Counted from the stretch's first letter, positions 37,867 through 49,831 are shown. The stretch: DNA of 64,000 nt from an uncultured Microthrixaceae bacterium (GCA_963809335.1 CAWEJD010000003.1:1592-65591); one strand, 5' to 3'. Program-made: numbers and translations. The notes: a model not told the origin generated them from the sequence alone.

Positions 37867-39077
37867 ATGACCACCGAGCGAATCTCCCGCCGAGTCGGCG
37901 CCATCACCGAATCCGCCACGCTCGCGGTCGACGCCCGGGCCAAGGCCCTGAAGGCGGCCGGTGAGCCAGTCATCGGCTTCGGTGCCGGCGAACCCGACTT
38001 CGCCACCCCGGACCACATCGTCGAGGCGGCCGTCGTCGCCTGCCGCGACCCGAAGAACCACCGCTACTCACCCGCCGGCGGCCTTCCCGAGCTCAAGGAC
38101 GCCATCGTCGGCCAAGACCCTTCGGGACTCGGGCTACGAGGTGCTCCCCGGCCAGGTGCTGGTCACCAACGGCGGCAAGCACGCCGTCTACAACACCTTC
38201 GAGGCCCTGCTCAACCCGGGCGACGAGGTCCTGCTGCCGGCGCCGTACTGGACGACCTACCCCGAACCGATCGCCCTCGCCGGCGGCACGTCGGTCGTCC
38301 TCCCCACCGACGAGTCCACCGGCTTCCGGGTCACCGTCGAGCAGCTCGAAGCGGCCCGCACGCCTGCCACCAAGGCGCTGGTGTTCGTCTCGCCGTCGAA
38401 CCCGACCGGTGCGGTCTACCCCGAGGCCGAGGTGCGGGCCATCGGCGAGTGGGCCGTCGAGCACGGCATCTGGGTCGTCACCGACGAGATCTACGAGCAC
38501 CTCACCTACGGCGACCACACGTTCCACTCGATGCCGACGCTGGTGCCCGAGCTGGCCGACACCTGCGTCGTGCTCAACGGCGTGGCCAAGACCTACGCCA
38601 TGACCGGCTGGCGGGTCGGCTGGATGATCGGTCCGGCCGACGTGATCAAGGCCGCCACCAACCTCCAGTCGCACTCCACCTCCAACGTGGCCAACGTGTC
38701 GCCAGCGGGCCGCCCTGGCCGCGGTCGCCGGCGACCTCGACGCCGTGGCCATGATGCGATCGGCCTTCGACCGCCGCCGGCGCACCATCCACCGCATGCT
38801 CAACGAGATCCCCGGCGTGAGCTGCCTCGAACCCGAGGGCGCCTTCTACGCGTTCCCGTCGTTCAAGGACGTGCTCGGACGCGAGATCGCCGGGCATCGC
38901 CCGACCAGCACGACCGAGCTGGCCGAGGTCATCCTCGACGAGGCCAAGGTCGCCATCGTGCCGGGTGAGGCCTTCGACGCCCCCGGCTACGCCCGGCTGT
39001 CGTTCGCCCTCGGCGACGACGACCTCGCCGAGGGGATCGAACGGATCGGTCAGCTCCTGGCCTCAGCTCGCGACTGA
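37867..39077 (+). CDS. aspC: aspartate/aromatic aminotransferase (class I); frameshifted as sequenced
   Basis: Motifs [23 protein letters not shown] and [16 protein letters not shown] (PLP lysine). Frame switches near 38105 and 38705. Confidence 0.87.
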
Positions 39078-39089
39078 GCCGGGGCCACC

Positions 39090-41179
39090 GTGACCAACGA
39101 CGCCCCGTACGGCTCCTGGCCGTCGCCGATCACCGCCGACGCTGGTGGTCGCCGGCGCCGTCGGACTCGGCGACTGTCGCGTGGGCGACGACGACGTCTG
39201 GTGGTCCGAGTCCCGACCCGAGCAGGCCGGCCGGATCGCCGTGGTGCGCCACCGTCCCGGCGGGGGGACGGTCGAGGCTTTCGGCGAGGACTTCTCGGCC
39301 CGCACCCGGGTGCACGAGTACGGCGGCGGCGCGTGGTGGCTGCACGACGACACGCTCTTCTTCACCAACGCCGCCGACCAGCGCCTCTACCGGGTCGATC
39401 CCGACGCCGAGCCCGGGATCGTTCGCCGATCCCGTCGCCCTGACGCCGGAACCGGCCGTGCCGATGGCCGACCGCTACGCCGACGGCGTGCTCACCGTCG
39501 ACGGCCGCTGGGTGATCTGCGTCCGCGAGCGCCACGACGGGCCCGACGTGCGCAACGAGCTGGTGGCCATCGAGGCCCAGCGCGGCGGCGAGCCGGTCGT
39601 CGTCGTCTCCGGGCCCGACTTCGTCGCCGCCCCCGGGTGAGCCCCGACGGGCGCCGGCTGTGCTGGCTGCAGTGGAACCACCCCGACATGCCGTGGGACG
39701 GCACCGAGCTGTGGGTCGCCGAGCTCGACGACGCCGACGTCCTCGAGGTCACCGACGCCCGCCGGATCGCCGGCAGTCGCACCGAATCGATCACCCAGCC
39801 CGAGTGGCACCCCGACGGCAGCCTCTGGTTCGTGTCCGATCGCACCGACTGGTGGAACCTGTACCGAATCGGTGCCGATTCGTTGCCGAAGGGCGCGGCC
39901 CGCACGGTCGCGCGGCCGCACCGCGGGCCCGGACGTGGCCGCCCCGACCCGGCGCCCGAGCCCACCCGGATCGGTACGATCCAGGGCGACATCGGCGTCC
40001 CGGCCTGGGTGTTCGCCCAGAGCCGCTACGCCTTCCTCCCCGACGGCCGCGTGGCTGTCGCCTACACCGCCGACGGCGTCGACCACCTCGCGGTGATCGA
40101 CGACCCGGCGCGACCCGCCGACGACCCGGGCGCGACCCGTCCGACCCGGCCTCACCGGCGGTCGTCGATGTCCCCACGCCGTTCACCACGCTCTCGTCGT
40201 TGCGGGCCTACGGCCACGGCCTCGCCATGATCGCCGGCTCGCCGACCTCCGAGCCCGTCGTCGCCCTCGCCGACCTGCCCCCGCACGGCCACGCCACCAT
40301 CGCCGCGGTGCAACCGGCCCGCGACCTCGGCCTCGACCCGGCCTGGTTCTCCGTCCCCGAGCCGCTCGACGTGCCCACCACCGGCGGAGCCGTCACCCAC
40401 GCCCTCTACTACCCGCCGACGCATCCCGAGGCCCACGGCCCGAGCGACGCCGCGCCGCCGCTGCGTCGTGATGATCCACGGCGGTCCCACGTCGGCCGCC
40501 CGGCCGCAGCTCAGCCTCGCCCTGCAGTTCTGGACCTCCCGGGGCTTCGCCGTCGCCGACGTGAACTACCGGGGCAGCTCCGGCTACGGCCGGGCCTACC
40601 GCGGGCCTGCTCGACGGGCAGTGGGGCATCGCCGACGTCGACGACTGCGTCGCCGTCGCCGAGCACCTGGTGGCCGAGGGTCGGGTCGACCCCGACCGAC
40701 TGGCGATCCGCGGCGGCAGCGCCGGTGGCTTCACCGCCCTGTGCGCCCTCACCTTCCACGATCGGTTCGCGGCCGGCGCCAGCCTGTACGGCGTCGCCGA
40801 CCTCGAGGCCCTGGCCCGCGACACCCACAAGTTCGAGGCGCGCTACCTCGACTCACTCGTCGGGCCCTACCCGGCCGAGCGCGACCGCTACGTCGAGCGG
40901 TCACCCATCCACCACGTCGACCAACTCGACCGCCCGGTCATCGTGCTCCAGGGGCTCGAGGACGAGGTCGTCCCGCCCGCCCAGTCCGAGATGATCGTCG
41001 ATGCCCTCCGGGCCAAGGGCGTGCCGGTCGCCTACCTCGCCTTCGAGGGAGAGCAGCACGGGTTCCGCCAGGCCGCCAACATCCGGCGTGCGCTCGAGGC
41101 CGAGCTGTACTTCTACAGTCGGGTTTTCGGCTTCGAACCCTGGGATCCGATCGACCCGGTGCCGATAGACAACCTCTGA
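39090..41179 (+). CDS. S9 prolyl-oligopeptidase-family serine peptidase (beta-propeller + alpha/beta hydrolase); frameshifted as sequenced
   Basis: N-terminal YGSWPSPIT, propeller repeats, nucleophile motif GGSAGGF, and C-terminal FEGEQHGFR. At least five frame switches. Contains a repeat copy at 39861-39894. Confidence 0.85.
39861..39894. repeat. palindromic repeat copy inside the S9 peptidase CDS (5' arm degenerate)
   Basis: GTACCGAATCGGTGCCGATTCGTTGCCGAAGGGC, translated in frame as [11 protein letters not shown]. Confidence 0.8.
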
Positions 41180-41194
41180 GGTGAGGAGGTACCC

Positions 41195-41524
41195 ATGGAA
41201 CCGGCCGGCATGACGATCATCGAGCACTACGGGACGCCCGAGGCGGCCCAGGCCCAGGCCTCCCTCCTGGTCGAGCGCGGGGTCGGCGCCACCGTCGAGC
41301 CCGAGACCGCAACCGGAGCCTTCTCGCTCGCCGTGCTCGACGATGACGCCGAACGGGCCCGCGAGCTGCTCGGCCTCACCCAGACCGAGCGTCAGGAGCT
41401 CTCGGAGGTCGACCTCATCAAGGCCAACCGCCCGTGGCTCGTTCCCGTGCTGCTGGTCGCGGTCGCCCTGTTCGTCATCCCGGTCCTGGCCTTCCTGATC
41501 GCCTTCAAGCTCTCGGGCGGCTGA
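41195..41524 (+). CDS. hypothetical small membrane protein
   Basis: Intact 109-aa ORF with a soluble N-terminal domain and a C-terminal TM helix (WLVPVLLVAVALFVIPVLAFLIAF). Confidence 0.5.
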   Translation: MEPAGMTIIEHYGTPEAAQAQASLLVERGVGATVEPETATGAFSLAVLDDDAERARELLGLTQTERQELSEVDLIKANRPWLVPVLLVAVALFVIPVLAFLIAFKLSGG

Positions 41525-41593
41525 TCCGCGACGGGGACGGCTCGTGGGCTCATCGGGTTGGCGGGCGGGACGGCCGAGCGGTCAGGATGAGGC

Positions 41594-43163
41594 ATGGCCC
41601 GCATCCTTGTCACCGAACCGATCGCCGAGGGCGGACTCGATCGGCTCCGCGCCGCCGGACATGACGTCGACGTCCAGATCGGGTCGTCCCCGGAGGAGCT
41701 GCTCGACCTGGTGAAGGGGGCCCAGGCGCTCATCATCCGCTCCGCCACCACCGTCACCGACGAGGTCCTGGCCGCCGGAACCGACCTGGTCGTGGTGGGA
41801 CGGGCCGGCATCGGGCTCGACAACGTCGACGTGCCCACCGCCACCGCCCGCGGCGTCATGGTCGTCAACGCGCCGCAGTCGAACATCCTGTCGGCGGCCG
41901 AGCACACCATGGCGCTGCTGCTCGCCCAGGCCCGCAACATCCCCCAGGCCCACGCCGCCCTCGTGGCCGGTCGGTGGGAGCGGTCCCGCTGGACCGGCGT
42001 CGAGCTCAGCGACAAGACCCTCGGCATCATCGGGCTCGGCCGCATCGGCAAGCTGGTGGCCCAGCGGGCCCTGGCCTTCGGCATGCGTCTCGTCGCCTAC
42101 GACCCGTTCGTGTCAGCCGACCGGGCCCGCCAGATGAGCGTCGAGCTGGTCGACCTCGACACCCTCATGGCGGTGTCGGACTTCGTCTCGATCCACGTGG
42201 TCAAGACCCCCGAGACCATCGGGCTGATCAACGCCGAGCTGCTGGCCAAGGCCAAGCCGGGCATCCGCATCATCAACGTCGGGCGCGGCGGCATCATCGA
42301 CGAGCCGGCCCTGGCCGAGGCCATCCGCTCGGGTCACGTCGGCGGCGCCGCCATCGACGTGTTCACCAAGGAGCCGACGACCGAGTCGCCCCTGTTCGAG
42401 CTCGAGTCGGTCGTGGTCACCCCGCACCTCGGTGCCAGCACCCACGAGGCCCAGGACAAGGCCGGCGACACCATCGCCGAGCAGGTCGGCCTGGCGCTGG
42501 CCGGGGACTTCGTACCGTTCGCGGTGAACGTGGCCGCGGGCGAGGCGTCCGAGACGGTGCGGCCGTTCCTGCCGCTGGCCGAGCGACTCGGCGAGCTCTT
42601 CGCCTCGCTGGCCCTCGACGGCAGCGCCGCCCTCGACATCGAGTACCAGGGCCAGATCGCCGGCTACGACACCCGCATCCTCACCCTCTCGCTGCTCAAG
42701 GGCTACTTCGGGCGCATCAGCGACGAGCCGGTCTCCTACGTGAACGCCCCGAAGCTCGCGGCCGAGAGCGGCATGCAGATCCGCGAGACGGCCACGACCA
42801 CCGCCCAGGACTACGTCAACCTCGTCACCATCCGCGGCGGCGACCACGCCCTGGCCGGCACCCTCGTCGGGCCTGCGGGGCGAGGCCCGCATCGTCATGG
42901 TCGACGACCACACGGTCGACCTGCCCCCCGCCCGCCACATGGTCGTGGTCCGCAACGACGACCGCCCCGGCATGATCGGCGCCGTCGGCCAGTTGCTCGG
43001 CGAGGCCGGCATCAACATCGCCGACATGGACGTCGGCCAGTCCGCCGCCGGCGTGTCGGCGCTGATGGTCCTGGCCACCTCGCAGTCGGTGCCACCCGAG
43101 GTCGTCGACCGGCTCGCGGCCACCGACGGCATCGTGTCGGTGCACGCGGTCGAGCTCAGCTGA
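41594..43163 (+). CDS. serA: D-3-phosphoglycerate dehydrogenase (with ASB/ACT C-terminal domains); one frameshift as sequenced
   Basis: NAD-binding motif GIIGLGRIGKLVAQRA, catalytic region, and ACT domain VVVRNDDRPGMIGAVGQLLGEAGINI. Frame switch near 42870. Confidence 0.92.
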
Positions 43164-43336
43164 CCGCTCCGGCCCGTTCCAACCCGCTCCGGCCCGCGCC
43201 TCATCGGCCGAACGGCTCATTGATGTAGGTCGTCCGGCCCGTTTCCCCGGCCGTGGCTCAGTCGACGAACGCCGAACGCCGACGCTGCTAGCAGCACGTC
43301 GTCCCTGGTGGGGGGCCTGCGAGAGGAGCATCGTCG

Positions 43337-45329
43337 GTGGCTCTGGATCCGATCCAGATCGATGAAGTGCCCGTCCCCCTTCTCGAGGTCCGGGATGGGG
43401 TCGTGCGGCGCGCCTCGGCGATGGCCGACGGCCATGCTCGTCCCGGCCTCCGAGGACGGGGTGGACGGCCGCCCGGCGGTCGCCGTGGGGCAGCGCCTCG
43501 TCGATCTGGTCGCGGAGCCCGACCGTCCGGCGCTCGAGGAGGTGCTCGTCCCGGGCCCGGCCCGGCGTTCCGGTGACGAGCTCGATCGGTCACCCGCGAT
43601 CTCGCCGTGCGCCTGATCGGTCCGCCGAGCCGGCCGGTCACGCTCTCGATCACCGACACCGACGACGCCCAGCTCGTGGGCCTCCGCGACCAGTCGACCG
43701 AGCGCCGGCTGGCCGCGGTGATCGATGCCGTCGCCGACTCGACCCTGCTGCTCGACGCCGACGGCCGGCTGCTGTGGCAGTCCGACGCGTTGGCCGCCCG
43801 CGTGCCGGGCGGCCGGGCCAATCTCGGCACCCACCCGGTCGAGCGCCTCCATCCCGAGGACCTCCCGCTGGTGCTCGAGAACTTCGCCGAGCTGGCCCGC
43901 CGCCCCACCGGTCGGGTCAGCCAGGTCGTGCGTTCGCGGGCCGTCGACGACGACGACGTGTGGCAGCTGATCGAGCTCATCGGTGCGGGCCGGCCCGATC
44001 ATCCGGACCTCGGTGGCGTGGTGGTGCAGGTGCGCAACCTCGACGAGGGCGCGGAGCTCGAGTCGGTGGCCCACACCGACGGGCCGCTCATGTCGCTGGC
44101 CGAGGCCGCCCCGATCGGCATCCTGTTGATGAACCACGCCGAGGTGGTGGTCTACGCCAATCGCGCCAGCCGGGACCTGCTGGGCCTCCTGGAGACCGAC
44201 GACGCCACTCGCTGGCGTGAGCGCGTGGCCCCGTCGCACCGCGGCCTGATCGACGCCATGATCACCGCCGGCCTGGCCGCCGCCGATCCGGTCACGACCA
44301 CCGCGCCGTTCACCCGACCCGAGGGCTCGGCCCATTGGCTCCGCGTCCGCGTCGCTCCCCATCTCGGGGCCAGCGGCCAGGTGCGTCGGCGTGATCGCCG
44401 CCCTCGAGGACGTCACCGCCGAGGTCGAGGCCCGCGGCCGAGTCCGAGCGGCTGCTGCAGATGCTCGACGCCACGTCGGACTTCGTGGCCGTCTTCAAGC
44501 CGACCGGCGAGATCCTCCACACCAACGTCGCGCTCGCAACAGGTGCTCGAGCGGCTCGAGCGCGAGGGCGGCTCCGGACGCCTCGTCGACCTCCTCGGCG
44601 AGGCCAGCCGGGACCGGTTCCTCGCCGGAGCGGTGGGGGAGTTGGAGGGACGGGACCACTGGGAGGGCGAGATGGAGATCCAGGTGGGCGGGGGGCGCAC
44701 GATCCCCGTGTCGGCCCTGGGGTGGTCCGTCGTGACGAGGAGGGCGCGCTCGACTGGATCGCCATGGTCGCCCGGGACATCTCCGCGCAGAAGGACGCCC
44801 AGGAGGTCCTGCGCCGCATGGCCACCATCGACCACCTCACCGGTCTGGCCAACCGGGCGCTGTTCACCGAGCAGCTGGACGAGGCGGCCGAGGCGAGCCA
44901 GCGGTCGGGCCGGCCGCTGGCCCTGCTGTTCTGCGACCTCGATCGGTTCAAGGAGGTCAACGACCGCCACGGCCACGCGGTCGGCGACGCCGTGCTGCGA
45001 ACCATCGCCGACCGCCTGCAGGAGATCACGCGCGGAGGGCGACCTGGCGGCGCGGGTCGGCGGCGACGAGTTCGTGATCCTGTGCCAGGGCGTCACCGAC
45101 TCCGAGGTGCTGGCCGCGCTGGCCGAGCGCATCATCGACTCGATCGACCAGCCCATCGAGGCCGGCGACGCCGTGGTCAAGGTCGGCATCTCGATCGGGA
45201 TCGCGGTGGCCGGACGGGCAAGCGATGTCGACGGCGATCGCCTGCTGATCGTGAGCCGACCAGGCCATGTACCGGGCCAAGGCCACCGGCGGCAACCGCT
45301 ACCGCATCCTGGCCGACGGGCCCCGGTAG
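43337..45329 (+). CDS. multi-PAS diguanylate cyclase (GGDEF); frameshifted as sequenced
   Basis: PAS-like segments precede a GGDEF domain ([35 protein letters not shown]). Start is GTG 43337 after GAGAGGAG. At least six frame switches. Stop TAG at 45327-45329. Confidence 0.78.
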
Positions 45330-45376
45330 GCGCCTCGACGGCGGGTCGGCTCGGGCCAGCTGGTCAGGCCGGGCGG

Positions 45377-45974
45377 TCAGGCCTGGGCGCTGGGCTTCCA
45401 GGCCGGGCGACGGCCTCGTAGTCGGCGATGGCCTCGGTCGTGGGCCAGGGTGATGCCGATGTCGTCGAGGCCCTGCAGGAAGCGCTCGCGGGTCGCGTCG
45501 TCGAGGGGGAAGCGCGACCTCGAGCCCGATGGCCGGCGCGGCCAGGGTGCGGGCGCGACGTCGATGGTGATCTCGAGGGCGGGGTCGGCCTCGACCGCGC
45601 GCAGGAGCTGCGCGCCGACCTCGGGCGTCGACCTGCACCGGGACCAGCCCGTTCTTGGTGCAGTTGTTGCGGAAGATGTCGGCGAACCGGGGCGAGATCA
45701 CCGCCTGGAAGCCGTAGTCCATGATCGCCCACACGGCGTGCTCACGCGACGAGCCGGTGCCGAAGTTCGGCCCGGCCACGAGGATGTTGGCCCCGGTGTA
45801 GTGCTCGTGGTTGAGCACGAAGTCGCGGTCGTCGCGCCACTCGGAGAAGAGCCCGGCGCCGAACCCGGTGCGCTCGACCCGCTTGAGCCAGTCGCTGGGG
45901 ATGATCTGGTCGGTGTCGACGTCGGAGCGGTCGAGCGGCACGGCGGTGCCGGTGACGACGATGACGGGTTCCAT
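45377..45974 (-). CDS. leuD: 3-isopropylmalate dehydratase small subunit; frameshifted as sequenced
   Basis: Motifs [12 protein letters not shown] and [16 protein letters not shown]. About three frame switches in the 3' half. The likely stop is at 45377-45379 (tail ...[10 protein letters not shown]). Confidence 0.88.
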
Positions 45975-46001
45975 GGGGGATGTCCTCTCTTCGGGCCGGG
46001 T

Positions 46002-47400
46002 TCAGGCCAGGTCGGCGGGAGCGGCGAAGGTGCCGGCGATGGCGGTGGCGGCGGCGACGGCCGGCGACACCAGGTGGGTGCGCCCGCCGCGGCCCTGGCG
46101 GCCCTCGAAGTTGCGGTTGCTGGTGGACGCGGCCCGCTCGCCGACCGACAGCTTGTCGGGGTTCATGGCCAGGCACATCGAGCAGCCCGGCTCGCGCCAG
46201 TCGAAGCCGGCGGCGGTGAAGATCCGGTCGAGGCCCTCCTGCCTCGGCCTGGGCCTTCACCCGGAACGACCCGGGCACGACCATGGCCCGCATGCCCGCG
46301 CTGACCTGCCGGCCCTCGGCCACCGCGGCCGCGGCGCGCAGGTCCTCGATGCGGCCGTTGGTGCACGAGCCGATGAACACCGTGTCGACCGGGACGTCGC
46401 GCAGCGGGGTGCCGGCGGTCAGGCCCATGTACTCGAGCGCCCGGGCGGCCGACTCGCGGGCGCTGGGGTCGTCGAACGAATCCGGGTCGGGCACGGCTCC
46501 GCTGAGCTCGATCACCTGGGCCGGGTTGGTGCCCCACGACACGAACGGCTCGAGGGTCGAGGCGTCGAGCACGACCTCCTTGTCGAACGTCGCGCCGTCG
46601 TCGGTGGCGAGCCGGCGCCAGGCCTCGACGGCCCGGTCCCACGCGTCGCCGGTGGGGGCGTGGCGGCGGCCCTTCAGGTAGTCGAAGGTGACGTCGTCGG
46701 GGGCGATCAGCCCGGCCTTGGCCCCGGCCTCGATCGACATGTTGCAGACGGTCATGCGGCCCTCCATCGACAGCGCCCGGATGGCCGAGCCGCGGTACTC
46801 GATGATCGAGCCGATGCCGCCGCCGGTGCCGATGGTGCCGATGATGGCGAGGATCAGGTCCTTGGCCGTCACGCCGGCCGGCAGCTCGCCCTCGACGGTG
46901 ATGGCCATGGTGCCGGGCCGGCTCTGGGGCAGCGTCTGGGTGGCGAGGACGTGCTCGACCTCGCTGGTGCCGATGCCGAAGGCCAGCGCGCCGAACGCGC
47001 CGTGGGTGGAGGTGTGGCTGTCGCCGCAGACGATGGTCATGCCCGGCTGGGTCAGGCCCTGCTCGGGGCCGATGATGTGGACGATGCCCTGGTCGGGGTT
47101 GCCCATCGGGTACTCGGTGATGCCGAACTCGGCGCAGTTGGCCCGCAGGACCTCGACCTGCTTGCGCGAGATCGGGTCGGCGATGGGCTGGTCGATGTCG
47201 GCGGTGGGGACGTTGTGGTCCTCGGTGGCGACGGTGAGGTCGGGCCGGCGGACCGTGCGGCCGGCGAGGCGGAGCCCGTCGAAGGCCTGCGGCGAGGTGA
47301 CCTCGTGGACGAGGTGGAGGTCGATGTAGAGCAGGTCGGGCTCGCCCTCGGCTGCCCGGACGAGGTGGTCGTCCCAGATCTTCTCGCTGAGCGTCTTCAC
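46002..47400 (-). CDS. leuC: 3-isopropylmalate dehydratase large subunit; one frameshift as sequenced
   Basis: Start is GTG 47400 after GAAGGGA. Motifs [34 protein letters not shown], and C-terminal NRNFEGRQG in a second frame. Frame switch near 46250. Confidence 0.92.
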
Positions 47401-47450
47401 GAGGGTCCCTTCTGCCGGTTCTCGGCCCGGATGCTTGCTATCTCACTATT

Positions 47451-47466
47451 CAAGATTCTAATCTTG
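47451..47466. promoter_or_regulatory. candidate LtbR operator overlapping the divergent leuC and ltbR -10 boxes
   Basis: CAAGATT-CT-AATCTTG has perfect 7-bp arms in an unusually AT-rich 70-bp intergenic region. It contains TAGAAT (minus strand, leuC side) and TAATCT (plus strand, 6 nt before the ltbR ATG). Confidence 0.55.
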
Positions 47467-47470
47467 CCGT

Positions 47471-48173
47471 ATGGGATCGAGTGTAAGCGGGGTCGGGGTC
47501 GTCGACAAGGCGATGGCCATCCTCGGAGCGGTCGAGCGGTCACCGAGGTCGCTCGGGGAGCTGGTGGAGGCGACCGGCTACTCGCGGGCGACCGCGCACC
47601 GGCTGGCGGTGGCACTCGAGGTGCACGGGCTGGTGCGGCGCGACGAGGACGGACGCTTCACGCTGGGGGTGCGCCTCATCGCGCTCGGTCGGGCCGCCGC
47701 GGAGGGGATCCCGCTGGCCGAGGCGGCGCTGCCGGCGCTGACCGCGCCTGCGCGACGAAACCGGCGAATCGGTGCAGCTGTACGTGCGAGAGGGGGATCG
47801 GCGGGTCTGCATCGCCGCCCTCGAGTCGCCGCACGGCCTGCGGACGATCGTGCCGATGGGGGCGTCGTTGCCCCTCGACGTCGGCTCGGCCGGCGCCATC
47901 CTCTCGGTGCCCTTCAGCACCGAATCGGTACCGAATCGGCGCCGATGGGCCGAGAGCGTGGGGGAGCGGGAGGCGGGGGTGGCCTCGGTGAGCGCCGGCG
48001 TGCTCGACCCCGACGGCACCGCGGTCGCCGCCGTCAGCGTCTCGGGGCCGATCGAGCGCACGACCCGCCAGCCCGGTGCCCGCTACGGCGACGCCGTCGT
48101 CGCCGCCGCCCGCAGCATCGAGCAGGCCGCCGGTCTGGCCGACGGCGGCCCGGCCGCCGCACCGCCGTCGTGA
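47471..48173 (+). CDS. ltbR: IclR-family regulator, LtbR-like by position (divergent from leuCD); one frameshift and an in-frame repeat copy
   Basis: N-terminal wHTH (VDKAMAILGAVERSPRSLGELVEATGYSRATAHRLAVALE) and effector domain ESVGEREAGVASVSAGV. Frame switch near 47755. The repeat lies at 47909-47950. Confidence 0.78.
47909..47950. repeat. palindromic repeat copy inside the ltbR CDS (14 codons, in frame)
   Basis: GCCCTTCAGCACCGAATCGGTACCGAATCGGCGCCGATGGGC, translated as PFSTESVPNRRRW. Confidence 0.88.
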
Positions 48174-48203
48174 CGGAGACGCCCTAGGCTCCCTGACGCA
48201 TGG

Positions 48204-49831
48204 ATGAGAGCCTGGCCCATGGGTGAGAACCTGGCGGCCGTCGACATCGGCACCAACTCCATCCACCTGGTCGTGGCCCGCTTCGACGACGACGGCCACT
48301 TCGAGGTGATCGCCGACGAGAAGGAGGCCGTCCGCCTCGGCTCGAGCGGCGGCGACATGAAGGAGCTGGCCCCTGACGCCATCGACCGGGGCATCGCCGC
48401 GCTGACCCGGTTCCGCCAGGTCGCCGACATCTCCTCGGCCCCGATGAGCGCGGTCGCCACCAGCGCCGTGCGCGAGGCCGAGAACGCCGAGGAGTTCATC
48501 CGCCGGGCCCGCGACGAGGCCGACGTCGACGTCGAGGTCATCTCGGGGGTCGAGGAGGCCCGGCTCATCCACCTCGGCGTCCTGCAGGCCGTCCCCGTGT
48601 TCGAACGTCGCCTGCTGCTGATCGACATCGGCGGCGGCAGCACCGAGGTCCTGCTCGGGCTGAAGGGGCGAGACCCTCGCGGTCCGCAGCTTCAAGCTCG
48701 GTGCCATCCGCCTGTCCCGGCGGTTCTTCAAGACCGACCGCCTGCATCCGGGCGCGGTCGACGCCTGCCGCCGGTTCGTGCGGTCGATGCTCGCCCCGAT
48801 GGCCCGCGACGTCGAGCGGCTCGGCTTCGAGGTGGCCGTCGGCAGCTCCGGCACCATCGAGTCGGTGGTGGCCATGGCCCACGCCCAGCGCCGGCACGAG
48901 CCCACCCCCCGCTCGCTCACCAACGCCACCGTCACCCGCAAGGAGGTCGAGGCGGTCGTCAAGCGGCTGGCCGGGGCGGCCACCGTCGGCAAGCGTCGCG
49001 AGCTCCCCGGGCTCGAGCCGGACCGGGCCGACATCATCCTCGGCGGCGCCATCATCCTCGAGCAGGCCATGGCCCTGTTCCGGATCGACGAGCTGGTCGT
49101 GTCCGACTACGCGCTGCGCGAGGGCGCCCTGCTCGACGCGTTCCAGCGACGGCACGGCGCGGCCCTGCACCACCTGCACGACCTGCGTCGGCGCAGCGTC
49201 GTCCGCCTGGCCGAGATGATGGACGAGGAGCCCGAGCACTCGGCCCACGTGGCCGTGCTCGCCCTCGAGCTGTTCGACGGCACCGAGCGCTACCACCGCC
49301 TCGGCGACGACGCCCGCGAGCTGCTGGAGGCGGCCGCCCTGCTGGCCAACGTGGGCCTGTTCGTCTCGCACAGCAAGCACCACAAGCACACCTACTACGT
49401 GATCCGGAACTCCGATCACCTCTCGGGCTTCACCGACCACGAGATCGAGATGGTGGCCCTCGTCGCCCGCTACCACCGCAAGAGCGCGCCCTCGGCCAAG
49501 CACGCCGAGTTCGCCGCGCTCCGGCCGTCCGACCAGGACACCGTCCGGGCCCTCGCCGGCATCCTGCGGGTGGCCATCGGGCTCGACCGGACCCACGCCG
49601 GGCTGGTCACCGCGGTGCGCTGCTCCCGGCGAGGGCAAGGCGCTCGTCATCGAGGCCGAGTCACGCCCCGGCGCCGACCTGGGCCTCGAGCTCTACACCG
49701 CCAACGAGCGCAAGGCCCTGCTCGAGGAGGTCATCGGCCGACCGGTGCGGATCGAGGCCCTCGATCCCGCCGTCGATCCCGCCGGCGCCCCTGCCGAGCC
49801 GCCGTCCGAGCAGCTCGATCAGCCGGCCTGA
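48204..49831 (+). CDS. ppx: exopolyphosphatase / guanosine pentaphosphate phosphohydrolase family; frameshifted as sequenced
   Basis: Motifs AAVDIGTNSIHLVVA and DIGGGSTE, with an HD-type C-terminal region (HSKHHKHTYYVIRNS). Frame switches near 48665 and 49625. Confidence 0.85.

Noticed and set aside
43217-44416. 399-aa and other long minus-strand ORFs opposite the PAS-GGDEF gene, with similar ones opposite serA, ppx, ilvD and cimA
   Set aside because: Their composition is low-complexity (R/G/A/P/D-rich) with no recognisable motifs. In each case the opposite strand carries a gene with clear family signatures.
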